DNA of 64,000 bases from Anthoceros angustus (Eukaryota; Plantae; Anthocerotophyta): NCBI GenBank assembly GCA_010909165.1, contig MU008157.1, positions 682,001 through 746,000 on the forward strand. The letters are read 5' to 3'. Shown one piece after another: positions 46,049 through 59,635 of the stretch. Each line of letters begins with the position of its first letter. The first letter of the stretch is position 1. The position numbers were made by a program, and so were the translations under genes. The notes beneath the pieces are model-generated. The model was not told where the DNA came from. It did not search any database and worked only from the letters and a program-made list of their open reading frames with translations.

Positions 46049-47270
46049 CTAAGGCTTGTGCATCGTGCACACTGATTGCACACCACCTCCAAAGAGGTCA
46101 GCCGCCTCAGGCGTGCTTGGGTGATCCAGACTTGGAAGCTCTAGTCCAAGAACGGATGTCCCCTTTCCATGTGCAGCGAACATGCTTTGGTACGGGTGGA
46201 AGACCTTGGAGCTCTGCGATGCAGACACGGAGAAGGCAATTTCCTTCTTCTCTGCCTCCTCGTAGACCTGGTCTAGCGTATAAGCATCTCCATACTTGTT
46301 CACCAACGATGTAAGGAGTTGGTAGTGGAACATTGCATCCGTCTCCATGGCAGCCAAAAACTTCCTAGCAGCTTCAGCATCCGTGAGCATGCCTGTCCCC
46401 TCTCGCAGCTTCTGCATCCTCCGGAAGGCCATTTGAACTGTCTCCCCCTTCTTCCTCACAAAATTTGTGAGTTCAGGGATCTTCTCCGGAGTCTTGAGTG
46501 GGAATGCCTTCTCCAAAATTGCCAGGAACTCATCCTCCGGGTTGGCATACTTTGGAGTCTGAGTGTACTCTTGGATTCCTTGCGTGGCAGTTGTCCTTTC
46601 AGCTGGAGTCAGTGCCACCACCGTCGTTGGTGCTGACGTGGTGGGCGTGGTCCCTACTGCAACTCCGGTCTGATGCGCTTGTATGGCTGCTGCGAGCTTG
46701 CCATTGTAGGCCAGCTGCAAGGCATTCTGAAAAGCCGGGTTGGGGGTGGCCACCGTGGAAAGGAGCTCCACTTGATGGAGCTCAAGCAGATCCAGGGCTT
46801 CGTCCGCCATGTAGTTAGACATCTGCCCAAACATGTAATGGTGATTGTAGTTGGCGCCATGCTTAAACTGCATCCGATTGATCAAGCCCTGTATGAACAA
46901 GCCCGAACATCCGATTGATCAAGCCCTGAAATCACGCAAGGATTGCATGCCAGGCCACGAAATCGGCGATGTGACGGCCCTTCCTCCATGGTGTCCGAGT
47001 CTCCCCACAAGTCTGCAGGACCTGGCCTGGATGGAACACCACACCAAGGGGGACTGCCGGGAATGGCTGAGATTGCTGCGCTCCTGTCCCGGAGTGGGAC
47101 TGAGGTGTCCCTGTCCCTGAAGAGGGCTGCTGTGGCGCTGTCCTGGGACAAGTCTGCTGCGCTTTGGACTCGGAATCACTTGGCACAGATTGTGCAGTGA
47201 TGTCCATCAAGGGGAACCAGCTGGCTATAGGCCTCACAGCCGATGGTGGAGTCCTTGGCCTAATACCAGT
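46049..47270 (-). mobile_element. Ty3/gypsy-like gag remnant without pol, interrupted by the copia insertion
   Basis: ORF 46049-46900 is closely similar to the gag at 60.3-61.2 kb (EFLxILEKAFPLKTPEKI.EL..F.RKKGETVQM.FRR.QKLREGTGMLTD). Homology continues to IRPRTPP at 47270. No protease or RT between gag and 45746. Confidence 0.85.
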
Positions 47271-47525
47271 TGAAGGATCGTGTGGCCGCACATGATGGTG
47301 GAAAGAGGAGAAAAGAGGAGGAGGCAAGTGTAACTCTCTCCCCTTGAGATGAGGCTGGAGGTATTTATGCCCTCCAGCGAACTCCTAGGAAGCTCCACAA
47401 GAAGCCACTAGGAAGGAGCACAAGAAGCTTCCTAGTGATTAGCTTCGGCTAAACTAATGATACTTAATCGACACCTAACTTAGACTAAGTGTATTAGTCT
47501 AAGTACACACTTTAATACCCTTACA
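47271..47525 (-). repeat. 3' LTR of the copia element (255 bp) with adjacent PPT
   Basis: On the minus strand the PPT AAGTGGGAGGT is immediately followed by TGTAAGGG...ATCCTTCA; internal TATA-like cataaata. Confidence 0.75.
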
Positions 47526-48152
47526 ACCTCCCACTTAAAGACCAATTTACCTTGAAGAATGGACTACCTCATGCCCATCGCGTGTAGAGCTTGTGCAAAT
47601 TGCTCTAGTAGAGTCCTTGGTAAGAATATCTCGGGGTTGGTGGTGTGAACCTTGACAAGTTGTACCTCTTGTCGTCCAACACCTCTCGAATGAAGTGATA
47701 CTTCACATCCACATGTTTAGTCTTCGCATGAAACACTAGATTCTTTGCCAACTGGATAGCACTGTGGTATCACAATGCAACAGCGACTCAACCTTGATCC
47801 CCAAGTCTCCCACTAAGCAGGCAAGCCATATGGCTTCCTTGCAAGCCTCGATTCTTTTAACATACTCGGCTCTGTGGTAGATAGCATAATGCCGCAAGCG
47901 AGATCGCCATGAGGCGCCTCCGGTGCATGAAGACATAACGATGTGGACCTCCTTTGTCCATATCCCTGCATAATGAGCATCATGTACCCAACCACACATG
48001 CATCTTCACTACCAAAACATATGCACAAAGCTTTTGTACCATTCAGATACCTCATAACTCCTTTTACTGCCTCCCAATGCTTCTTGCCAGGGTTTGACAT
48101 AAACCTGCTAACCACTCCCACTGCAAAGGCAATGTCAGGACGTGTAGCAATC

Positions 48153-51100
48153 CACTACTACAATGCATTAGGATTTATGATGAGCTAGAAATGACGTCAA
48201 CGAATTTCCGTCATAAATCCGACATATCTGGACACAAGCGGTAGTCGAGCAGTGCACGGGATGCTTGGTAACCGGATGAGTAAATGACGCGCGGTCATTT
48301 TTCGACTGTGCCCGGTCACATGTCCACTTTGTGGGTGGTTTGCCGCCACCTTCCTTATTTGCTAGTGCCGAGGCCGCCTCACTCGCTTGTGCTCGGACAT
48401 GCCCGACCAAGGCGACTGGTTTTCCCAAATGTCATTTCCGCCCAAAAGCGAGGCGGCTGGATCTCGATCGGTGCATGAACCCGGCTTGGACGATGTACAC
48501 CGGACGGAGGGACCATGCGATCGCGATGAACGGGTTCACTTGTGGTCGTGCATTCTCAAGCGTGAAAGCGATTGGACCATAGACATAGTCTCGTCCGCAG
48601 TGTGAAGTGGCAACACTTTATTGCACTTCCCCTCAATAGGCGCGGCCTTGAGTCTCAATCGCCTCGACTCACAGTCGATATTCGGGCAACAAAATGCCCG
48701 AGGCCGGAATGACAGATCGGAAGTCCTTCAAACTGAACAACGGTCACATGTTGGGCACTGGCCCCAACATCGATCTACGGGCAAAAACAATCCTTCTGAT
48801 GCGGGCGGTGACGATAAACAAGTTTGTGAGTTCGCGATTCTGCGGTCCGGTTGCGATTGCCTAATCCAACTCAATCAATGGGGCCATGACAATGACTTGC
48901 ACAACCCGGCCCGAAAGGCTGAAATTTGAAAGCATACGACTTGCCGCCACAATGGCCCACCTTCCTCCCTCAATGCAATGGCAAGCGGACGATCAAATTG
49001 CACGCCCCAAGCATTGAGCAGCTCCTTCTTCGTTGAATCGGACTGGAGTAGCACACCATATGCTCTATCATTGTAAACAAAGGCGCATGCGGCCAACGGA
49101 TACATGATTGTCGAGATCCTTCTTCAATATTGAAATGTCCCCCAACTTGCGGCAAGTTGCATATAGAACATCTGTCGGCCTCTCCACGGTCCTCACCCGG
49201 CTCGGTGCGCGTCTATCCCAAGGAGGCCCAGCATGCCGCGAACTTGCCCATGTATGAGTCGCGATGTACCTCGGTGCATATCGATTTCAACTCGGTCAGG
49301 ATCATCACCTCCGTGCAGGGGAGGTGGTCCCGTGTCCGGCTCAAAAGCCGGTTCCCGCTCTACACAGAATGTCAAACTTGCTCCCAAGCGGTAAGGGACA
49401 AAGAAAGGCGAGTTGCGGTGTGCCTACCTCAACCACTGGCCCGACAAATGCGCGAAGTCACAGTCCGCATTTCTTCAATGATATCGACGATGTAAGCACC
49501 CGGCTCTTGCGCGGGCAGCATTGCAGTGCGGCACATATGCCACCAATTCCGAGCGTCGGTGATGCATCTCACGGAAGTGGCGGAGGGCCGGCGTCGTCCA
49601 CCGCCAGGCGCAATTACAAACTCCGTTCTAGGCCACTCAACATAGTCGCCTCACCACTGGAGCACCCAATGACCATGCCGGGGTCCAAATTGCGGTGTCC
49701 ACATCGAACCGATATGCTTTGGCACACACATAATCCCAAAGGTCAGTGAATGCTCGAGATAGGCTGGTCCATGCAACACGAGCTTCCTCTTGCGCCAGTC
49801 TCGCCACTTCCAATTATGCAGTGTTTCTTGGTGACGAGCGCCCTCAGATGCGGTGAACCTCCCGGATGCCGCAGACGGGGAGCGAGGTTGGGCGGTCGGC
49901 TCATCACCATCTCATTCGTGGCGGCGGCGACGCAATTCATGCCTTGATTGCCAAGCTTGCCCCTCACTCATGGGTGCCATTCCAAACCACAGATATTTGA
50001 CGAGCAGATGATCTGAAAGGGCCTATCGCCAAGAAGGAACAGATGGGGATTGGGGCGAGAGCATTGGGGCGTGGTCCTATGTACTCGGACACTAACTCGA
50101 GGCGTAAACCATGTCGCGGGGTAGGAAGAAGCCGGTTCCACACAGCGTAATCTACCGTCGATTTGCGAAGATCGGTTTCGATGTGACCATTCACACTTGG
50201 GCGTAAGGACTAGGAGCAAGACATCCTGCTATCCGCCACATCCGCTACCGTACCACACATCACTCAAACATTTCGGTCCAGTTGCACATGCGGAAAGTGC
50301 GCTTGAAATGGTAAGACCGCGAGGAATCGACAAATCCCAAAGATTCGATGTCGTGTCGGATTGCGCCCTTCAACCGCATGCGATTCGATATTGCGTTGAG
50401 GCATGCCGACATCACAATCTCCCAGCAATTCGGTACCATGGCGGTCCTCTCCATTTCACTCACCTCTAGATGACGTCGGTTCTCTCACACAGCAAATTAT
50501 GCGCCCGAGAGCCTCGTTGGAGTGGTCACTTTCCGCAGTCACACCACGTCCGAGCTCCACTGGTCGATGTTGCGGTGCAAGCTTACGGAATGGTGAAGAG
50601 GCCACGTTGACCCCGTGACGGAAGATCGGTGAAGATGACATCGCAAGGCGAAATGGATATTGCGGATGATGCTCATGAGCTGGAGGTAGAAGCTATGCAC
50701 AACCGTTCGGTCCTTGCCGAATGGCATGATGCCTTGCAATCGGAGAGGCGTTATATGGCGTTGCAGGCCTGTGGGAGTGACCAAAGCACCTTATCATCAA
50801 CCACGGCGCTCCTTCAAGTGCAAGAGTGTTACAATATCTCGAGACTGCAATGTCCGAATTTTCCAGTCATCGACATCTTTGTTGCCATCTCCAAACACTC
50901 TACATGAAGTCGGCAAGAGGCGAATAAACTATTGCTCCAAGTGTCACGATCACGTGTTCGGATCGCCTCTGTCCCAAAGGCATAGCATATCTTGGGGTGC
51001 ACATCAAGGCGCTAGTTTACACTTCTCGCCTCGCACGCCGCGACCGGTATTGGAAGGAGCTTGCGATTCGAAAAGTTTTGGTACTTTCCATTAATTGGCG

Positions 51101-54100
51101 CTGGCGCATTTTTGTCCCAAGCTAGCAGGACATGACATGGTGGGCTAGGAATCGCGGCGAGGATGGGAAAATGCGGATCTTGGGGACACCGGCACAGAGA
51201 ACTTTGGACTCCGTTGGATTTTAGTGCGGATGACCGAAATGTGAGGCTTAGCATTTCCACCGATGGCATGAACCCTAAGCGGAGGTCTAATTCCAAGTCT
51301 ATCGGCGTGATGCTTGTCATTGAGAATCTCCCACCCAGGTTTCGACAAAGAAACACCGCATTATCCTATCAACCATTATTCAGGCCTCGCCAAGTACCAA
51401 ATATGGACATCTACCTGCAGCCTCTAATCTCCGAATTGCAGCGGTTATGGGACGGTGTGCCTTGTGAGGATTTTTCCCACGTGGGCGATGTACAGGATAT
51501 TCAATCTGCGGGCAGCATTGGTTGTGGCAACGACTACCGGATTGGGTTGCACCGCTTGCAGAAATGCGGAAAGCCGCATTGATTGTGGGCTTGCATGCAA
51601 GATGGTCTCGGGGTGGAGAAGTGCTGCGAAGGCTCGGCGATGGTGCCCTTCTCCGACGACCAGCGCCGTAGGATGCATATTGAGGCATTCAACAATCGGG
51701 TTGAAGCGTGTGCGGTGCCTCGTTCCGTGGAGATGTCATGGCGAGATGGAGTCATGGCGCCTCGGCCGCCATGAGCGGGCCCGACCGCAAAGCGATGAAG
51801 CACCTCCCTCATTTGCGTTCATTGCCTTATCTCGCCATACCCATAGCATGGGTCAAAGGCGTTATGCGTGGAGGCCAACAAGCGCAAAGCTATTTGGGGC
51901 ACATTAAGTGGGTTAGGCGACACCATCCAGCGGGTTTGATATGGAAGAGTGGTAAGCCATGGGTGTGGGTGGTTGAGGAGGAGAGATTCAACACCGCCAT
52001 CGCAAGACGTCCTTTCACCACGGACTTACGGAGTGAAGGATGAGATTTGCGACATGAAGCCAAGCGCTTTGTGCAAATTTGAAAGGATGTTTCTGGTCCC
52101 AAGGTTCGGCATGAAAAGTCACGATTGGCATTGTTTGATGCGATTACTTGCCCATAGCATTGCGAGGAGGCTCCCACCACAGAGTTAAATGTCATCACCC
52201 GATTGGCGGTTGTCTAGATGGATATGTGGCAAAGAGATTTACGTGTCCGATATCCCGGCGAAAAAGGCGAGGTTATCGACATCTTCATCAAGCTAGAGCG
52301 GTTCATGCCTTGACATTCGGAATGTTATGCAACACCTCATTATCCATCTTGTGGATGAAGTGGAAACACATGGCCCGATACACGCGGTGGATGTACCCGA
52401 TGGGCGGTACCTACTTGTGCTTAAGAAACATGTGCATGTGGCAAACCCGAGGGTTCTATTGCAAGCGGATATCGGCCATGGAGGCTATGCACTATGCCTC
52501 GGGTTTATGGATGGAAACCAAGGCCGAAGCACATGTGCGAGGTAGTTCACAGTTTCGAGTAGACCACACCATCGGGCAAGGCAGATAAAGCTTGGGGTGG
52601 ATGCTCGAAGGCGTTTACGGTATTTATTCTGACATTCAAGTTTTATCGCCATTGAGGCGGAGCATGCATTACGACGAGATGAGGACTTTCGACATGGTTG
52701 CGGATGGTGTGAGAAGGGGAAGTGGGCAATGGGTCCCATTCATTGACATCCGTGCAGCCGGGCGGAAAAGCAGAAGGCATATAGGGGCGAACACGCACGT
52801 TATCACTTGAGCGTTGAAGCCGATGAGAACAAAACTTGACGGTTGGGTACATGGCGAATTTGACATGGTGGGCTCAATTGAGAAGGCCGAATTCTTTGGA
52901 AGAATTATTGAGATCTGGGCGTGAATGCGAGGAAGGCAATTTCGATTACCATTGTTAATGTATGTGCACGAATGCTCCCTAACCAGGTTCCACCAGTATG
53001 GAGAGAGATTTTTGCGGTTAGGCGATCGACACGAGGCCCTACGGTATGCCCGCAATCACAAGATGGGGCCTTATACATTTCTGCACATGTCACGGTTTTC
53101 GCTCACGGGGCGTCATGCCGAATCGTGAGCCACAGGTTGTGTGCACTCTGCATGCCGGTGGGATCGGTCTTCATTTGAGTCGGAGTAGTGCGATCTGCGA
53201 TGGCATGTGCGGTTGTCGTGGGCTGTCCCTCTCAAGACTGTACCATGCAAGAAGAAGGCCTGTTGTCAGCACTTTATTTTGTGTAGGGGTACACCTGAAT
53301 AGAAGGTAGCTACACTTGAGTTGTCCTCACGCTCAGACGCCTAGTTCTTATGCTTCACTGCAGTGATTAATAAAGCAAGCATGCCTGATGATATGCCGGC
53401 GATGCCTGTGTCGTGCATTGTCCATTGTCCGCGTTGATGGTGGAGTCTACATTTCCATCTGCCTAATGAACGGAAGATGGGAGATGACCGCAAGGGGAAG
53501 GAGATGAATCACCCAAGGCTCTGGCGGCTGTATGTGGTCGCCTCCTCCCAAGGCAGTCGAGAAGGCGTGCACGGGCTGCGAGCTACGTCGGAGTTTAGAG
53601 CCACTCTCCTGCGGCCCGACTATCTGCGACCAAACATGCGGATCTAAGCTCGTCGCCATGCCGCGTAAGCGGCGCGTATCGCGGCGTTGTCGCATATGCG
53701 GACAAGATGTCGATGGGTGGCGGGATCGACAACCCGGTCATCACTATCGCTGATGCAGTACACCGTCCGCTCACGTGGCGGTGGTGGCGGGAAAACCCAC
53801 GATGGGGTCGTAGCACGCAGTGGAGAGCAATGGGCTTGCGGTGCAGGCGGCGTGTGCGAACTTGTCACGCCAGCGTGTCATCCGATTGGTGTGCATGGAA
53901 CGCGGCCGTGACGACCACGCCGGGCATTTGCGAATGGGGCATCGTTGGAGGGCGAGTATGCGGTAGCAGCGAGGGGCGCTACGAGAGGCGGCGTTGCGGG
54001 CGATACCCGGCGTCTAGTACGCATTTTTTCGAGCTCGACCCTACTCATGATCCTCCAATCTTGTTTGGCGGGGAAGAGTCTTGTGTTTTGGAAGGCGGGA

Positions 54101-56542
54101 GGGAGAAGATGCCGTCATGAGGAGGCGGGTTGAAGGACTCCTAACTTGGGCGCAGAGTATGAAGGCAGTGAGGATGGTTCCCCTTACGAGGAGGCACAAG
54201 ACCGGGGTAGGTGGTGGGGACGTGGGAGAGGAAGTCGGTGAGGAGGACCTAGAGGCCATCACTTGGAGGCGTTTTGAGGTGCCGGAGGAAAAGTGCCGAA
54301 CGAGCCTTGTGTGCAAGCTTTGTGAACATTATGCCAACTCTTACAACGGATGTCTTTGAAGGCATGATTAAGGTGCAGGAGTGACAAGTTGCTGGAGGCA
54401 ACTAAATGCATGAGGCAGCCACCTTGTCAAGGGGCACATGCGACGAGTGTGCAATTTTGCGTCCTCACCCGATCGACAAGTCGGGGTTCCACAAAAGGGT
54501 TAATGAGTGGTTCGAGTCGGTGAAATTGTTGAAGCCATACACTCGATTCGATCTCGCCGTCTTTGAGATGGTGGATCTTTGTCTGAGAGGTCTTTCCCAG
54601 CCGGTCCTGTGATTTCATCCATCACAAGTCATGCATTTGTGCTCGGCGGCAACTTCCAAGTGTTGAAGAGAGTCAAGGTTCTGCGGCAAATGCGGAAAGG
54701 AGGGACCCATGATCGAGATTTGAGACTTGGGTGCAGCGAGGAGGCATGGACCGAGTGCGTTGATTCGGAGTTCGAGGCTGGACGCGGCAATGGTGTTTGG
54801 CCTCGCCCTCAGCGAGCCACGCGGAGGCTCGGATGAAGAAGAGCGATGGTGGTGGGTGCAATCCATATGGCGGTGGCGTGACCTCGCAAGGCCTTCAAGA
54901 CCCGTGGGGGTTCTTCCCACAAAAGGTGAAGAGGGGCACGGCGTGCAGTGTTGATGCCATCCAAGCTTATAGGGATACGCAATTGAAGAAGGCGCATGAA
55001 AACAATTTTGGGCGGTTTGTAGAACACGTGCATTTCTAGCCATTTCGGTTCTTACAAGGGTTCTTCTCATTTCATGTGTGGATGACGCTCAGCGGCGGTG
55101 GTGGGTTCTCGGTGACCCGGATCGTATTCGATCTGCCGGCATCGAGCTTGGCCCGGCGGATGGCGGCGGCCAGGAGGACGATGTGCCCATGTCGAGCTGC
55201 GATGGTGGCGGAGGGCATTACGAGCCACACCATCATTCACTTTGGCGGATAGTGAAAGCAGGAGGATAACACGGGCTGCGAACTTCCGACTTGCGATCGA
55301 AATGCATGCACTTGGACTCCGTTTACACTATCGTGAAACGAGTGAGGGTTTTGCGGAGGACTAATCACCCCATTTTTGATGTTGTTGCGGGCGAAGGCGG
55401 TCAGACAGCAGTTATTCTAAGGTTAGTTTTGAGGTATTAGTGCGGTGAGTGAAAGAAAACCCGGTGGATGCGGTGTCTTTTATGTTCTATGACATAATGT
55501 TGTGGTGATTTTGGTTATCGCGCCAAAAGAAAGGCTCCCCTAAAGCGAAGACTAGTCAATGGCCCTAGGCACATCTTGTCTTGCTTGGGCCTTGAAGAAG
55601 CAAGCGGAAGAAAAACAAGGAGCCTCCGATTTCCTCCTCTAGGTATGCGTCTGGAATGTGAGACCGACGTTGGTTTGGAAGGTGGGGCACGTGCGCAAGT
55701 CGTCATGTGGCGAACATGGGGCTCATGATGTCGGCAATTAGGGGAGCCCGTAAGTAAACTATAAATGGATGCGGATGAATTGTAAAAATTGCCACAAGAC
55801 CTCGGCAGCGTTTGGCGTGGTTGGGAGTTGGCGACCTACCTAATATATGGTAACCATGGAGAGCAATTTTGTCAACCATGGTTAGCGTGTTTTAGTTATA
55901 TTGTGGTGGTTTATGCTAACTCTTGATCAACATCGTGGTTAGTTTGAATTGGCGGGAATTGATGGATAATGCATTTTCAAATTTAATCTTTTGTGCTTTG
56001 GATTTTGCTCTCTCTACCTTCAATAGTCGTGCAGTGCATATCCAGGTGAGAGCGATTCTTGGCGTAACCGCAAAGGGTCATGAAAGGTCGATCGACAACA
56101 TGTGTGCCACCCCACGGCCATGGTGCGTCGCCGAAGATGGGATGTCGGGCGACCCGCAGGGCGAGATCTTGACTCGCCGTTCGTCGAGCAGGTGCGTTGC
56201 CGTCGATGGGAGGCGGGTTTGGAGGTATGGCGCGGGGGCGCCCGTCTCCGTTACTGTCTGAGGCCCCGGTGGAAGTTGGCTTGGGGTTTTCGATTCCGTT
56301 GCTCATGGTTTGGTTAACCCCCGTTAAGGGGCCCTAGTTAATTTGCCGTGGGTGCACGTCCCAAAACCCTCTCCACAGCGGGTTCTCCGGCTTGACCGCT
56401 TGGTGGACGTTATTTTTAAAGTATGATGAAGTTTGAGTGGCGTTATAAACAACGAAAAGGCAAGGTGGCCGCGTTATAAATCAACCCTCCACGTTGCACG
56501 GGCATCATTTTTCGTCATAAATCACGATGCATTGTAGTAGTG
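48153..56542 (+). mobile_element. CACTA/EnSpm DNA transposon (8,390 bp) inserted in the copia RT
   Basis: Perfect 16-bp TIRs CACTACTACAATGCAT / ATGCATTGTAGTAGTG, 3-bp TSD ATC on both sides, and subterminal GATTTATGA(C/T)G / CGTCATAAATC motifs. Removing it rejoins the copia MI-ATRPD motif. Confidence 0.98.
50620..53200 (+). pseudogene. CACTA transposase (Tnp2/Transposase_21-type core and downstream domains), frameshifted
   Basis: NVRLSISTDGMNP...ENLPP...DIYLQPLISELQRLWDGV, GMKSHDWH and HLIIHLVDEVETHGPIH..WMYP. Confidence 0.92.
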
Positions 56543-58357
56543 ATCATTGCATCATCAAACTCCCTCGGTGATGGTATGGGACCTTCTCCATTTCGACTTT
56601 GTCCTCCTCGAGCTTGGGCAATCCGGCAGAAAGTTTCACATATGGAGCAATGGGTACCCAATGGCTTCCCCTTCTCCATGTTGAAGCGTTGAAGCACCAC
56701 AATGTATTAAAATGCGAGACAAATAAAGCGTACGCTTATGTCTTCCGACGAATACGCATGCCAAGTATATGGCTCGCCTCCCAAGTCTGTCATTTCAAAG
56801 TGAGCATTCAACTTTGACTTCAAGAAATCTCATCGATCTTGTTCGACAATTAGCATATCATCCACATAGAGGATCAAAATGAGCAAGCTTTGATCCTTAG
56901 CTTGCTTCAGATAGAGGCAATGATCCTCATCGCTTCGTTTGTAGCCTTGAGAAAGCATAAATGAGTGGAACTTGTGATACCACTGGGCCTGCTTCAAACC
57001 ATAAAGGCTCTTCCTCAACCTCGCACACCGATCTTTGCCCTTCTCAACAAAACCTTCGTTGTCGCATGTAGACGTCTTGAAGGTCACCATGCAAGAATGC
57101 CGTCTTGACATCCATCCGCATAAGTTCCATATCATTCTCGCAACCAAAGCAAGAACACATCGCAGTTGTCATTTTGACTATCGTGAGAAAATCTCATCAA
57201 AGTCAATGCCTCGTTGTTGCTTGAAACCCTTAGCAACCAATCGTGCCTTGTACTTTGGTTTGCCATCATGGTATGACCTTCATCTTGTACACCCATTTGC
57301 ACTGTAGTGCCTTCTTATCCTAGGCAACCAACCAACTCCCAAGTTTGGTTCTTATGCAAATAATTCATTTCGATCGCATGGCCTTCTCCCACTTCTCTTT
57401 GTTACTCGACAGCCTCTTTGTAAGAAGAGGGTTCCCACAACTGTCAAACATAATCCGAGATGGATCATACCGCCGTGAGGTCGTAATCCCGCCTCGACCA
57501 CATGTGCACTCTATAGGTGCTTGTTCGACTCTTGGTTCATCTATCGGAGGAATGTGCTCGCACATTACCACGCTATCAACCCGCCTGATGATCATGTCCA
57601 TCTTCTTGAAGATCACCCTTCGCACCTCCACGGTTGGAGTAGGCTTCCGCATCTTGTTCTCATTGAAGAACACGCCGTTAGTACGAACAACCTTTCTAGC
57701 CTCGGATCCCACAAGCGGTATCCCATCTCACCGTAATCACCATAGCCAAGAAAAATACATTTCTTGGACTTAGGTGCCAACTTGTCCCAAAACTCTTTTG
57801 GAACATGGCAAGATGCCTCATACCAAACACTGCAGATGCTTGTAGGATGGTTTCTTTCCGCACTATAGCTCCTCCGAACTCGCCATCAACAAATTTTATT
57901 AGGAGATCCAATAAGATGAACTGAGACATCGCTCGCCCAAAACCCATTAGGCAATCCGTAGTTTGACAACAAACTACGATCCTCTCCTCGAATGGTTCTG
58001 CTCATCCGCCGCCCACACCATTTTGTGGAGGAACGCGCAATAATTCTCTTTTGATTCCCTTGGAATCACTGTAATGACCGGAAAGCTAAACATACTTCCA
58101 CCATTATCTCGCCCTTAGACACTTCAATCGGTGGCGGTGATTCTCTACAAGGGTGACAAATTTCAAACACCGAACTTCATCTTTTCCTCAAAGGATAAAC
58201 CCACATCTCATGAGAAATCATCTATGAAAGTGACAAAATAGGAGGCACCGCCTAATGATGCAATAGGCATAGGTCCACATACATCACCGTGAACCAACTC
58301 ATGTCGCAAACAACGACTTAGAGGCAGTGGATGTGTAGGGTGACTAGAGGTGGGCTC

Positions 58358-58426
58358 GATCCGGCGTCCGGGACTCTCCGATCCGGCGTCCGGGACTCAC
58401 TCGAGCCCAACGTCCGGGACACTCTC
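58358..58426. repeat. 22-23 bp tandem repeats near the LTR start
   Basis: gatccggcgtccgggactctcc / gatccggcgtccgggactcactc / gagcccaacgtccgggacactctc. Confidence 0.85.
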
Positions 58427-59635
58427 AGTCCGAGCAACTTGAGGCTGTCTTAGGACCTACTACTTACTTACCTTAGCCATATTTTCCTTTTGTTGAAATA
58501 GGCTAGGATATTTGCTTGAAGGGTACATATATATTTGACCAACCAAACTAACACATTCCCATTTGTTTTCAGGTGTGCTTAGTTAGGGTTTGTTTCATTA
58601 ACAACACCTAGGAGTTGACCTAGGTTGGCCGTAGAGGTACCCTAGAAGTGCTGCAGGTGAAGGACACCCATGATGACTCACACCAAGGGTGCTGAGGCTG
58701 TAGAAATCATGGGCAAGCAAGGGACCAACTGCCAAGTGAATCTGAGCGTGGAGATTGAGATGGACGCTGGACAAAAGGAGGGAGGCGCCCATTGTAGGTG
58801 TTGTTGAAGTCGTGCCTGAGAGCGCTGTAAGGAGAAAGAAGCATTGCAATTTCTGGGAATTTTGGTGTGTGGAATGTGTTGATGTTTTCCTTGGGATCGA
58901 ACTTGGGAGGGCGATCCGCAGCGTGTGGCGCGATTTCCAGACCGCCAGCCTCACAATCGTGTGAGGCCCCGCTACATCCAACAGCAGCGATGCTGTTCAA
59001 CAGCAGGCGCGCGATGTTTTTACTTCAACAACCTTCAATGTCAATCTGGAGCATGGCATGCAAGAGCTAGGGGCGATTCAGATTGGTGGAGGCGGCCAGG
59101 CAACTACAGCAAGGCGGCATCACCAACACACCCTACCGTGCTAGCAGCAGCAGCAGCATTCCACCTGCAGCAAGCTGTCCCAGCCTTCCAGAGCTCATAG
59201 CGTCCGCCACAGAGGTTGGTTGCCTTCGATTCACATACCAGATTGTTCGCCTCGCTGAGACAAATCTATTGGTATAATTTTTGTTCAATTTAGAGTCAAA
59301 TCCAGGGACTGAATGCCTTGGAGGATTTGGTCATCTAGGGTTTCAGTGGGGGAATGTTGGCTATTTGCAGCCAACACCCTCTTGTTGCAACATAGGGCTA
59401 GGGCTCTTATGGACACTGGCACTTTGGTCTTTCATTACACGTAGCCTAGCTCTTAGCTTAGCTTTTAGACTGGTTCCTGCAGGTCCTTTTGCAGCTGTGA
59501 CTTTGACATTTCACAGTTCTGGACTTGTCTGGTTTTCTGGCTTTAGCAGCAAGCCTGACTGCAGTGCTAGCTTGCCTTCTTTTCCTCTTCCAGCCTAGCT
59601 AGCTGACCCTTTTCTTGTATGTGCTTTCATGGGGG

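Larger units (their letters stand above)
47271..58333 (-). mobile_element. Ty1/copia LTR retrotransposon (3' LTR, RNaseH, RT, integrase), degenerate and doubly interrupted
   Basis: Integrase ELVHGDVCGP...YFVTFIDD (about 58.2-58.3 kb); RT RLRKSLYGLKQA...LILILYVDDML (about 56.8-57.0 kb) and ATRPDIAFAVGVVSRFMSNPG; RNaseH KTKHVDVKYHFIRE. Domain order INT-RT-RH is copia. Confidence 0.95.

Noticed and set aside
47257-47268. tRNA-Met PBS-like TGGTATTAGGCC next to the copia LTR, suggesting a shared LTR
   Set aside because: ATTAGGCC aligns with gag coding sequence (IRP) of the paralog at 59.78 kb, so this is the insertion site and the resemblance is coincidental.
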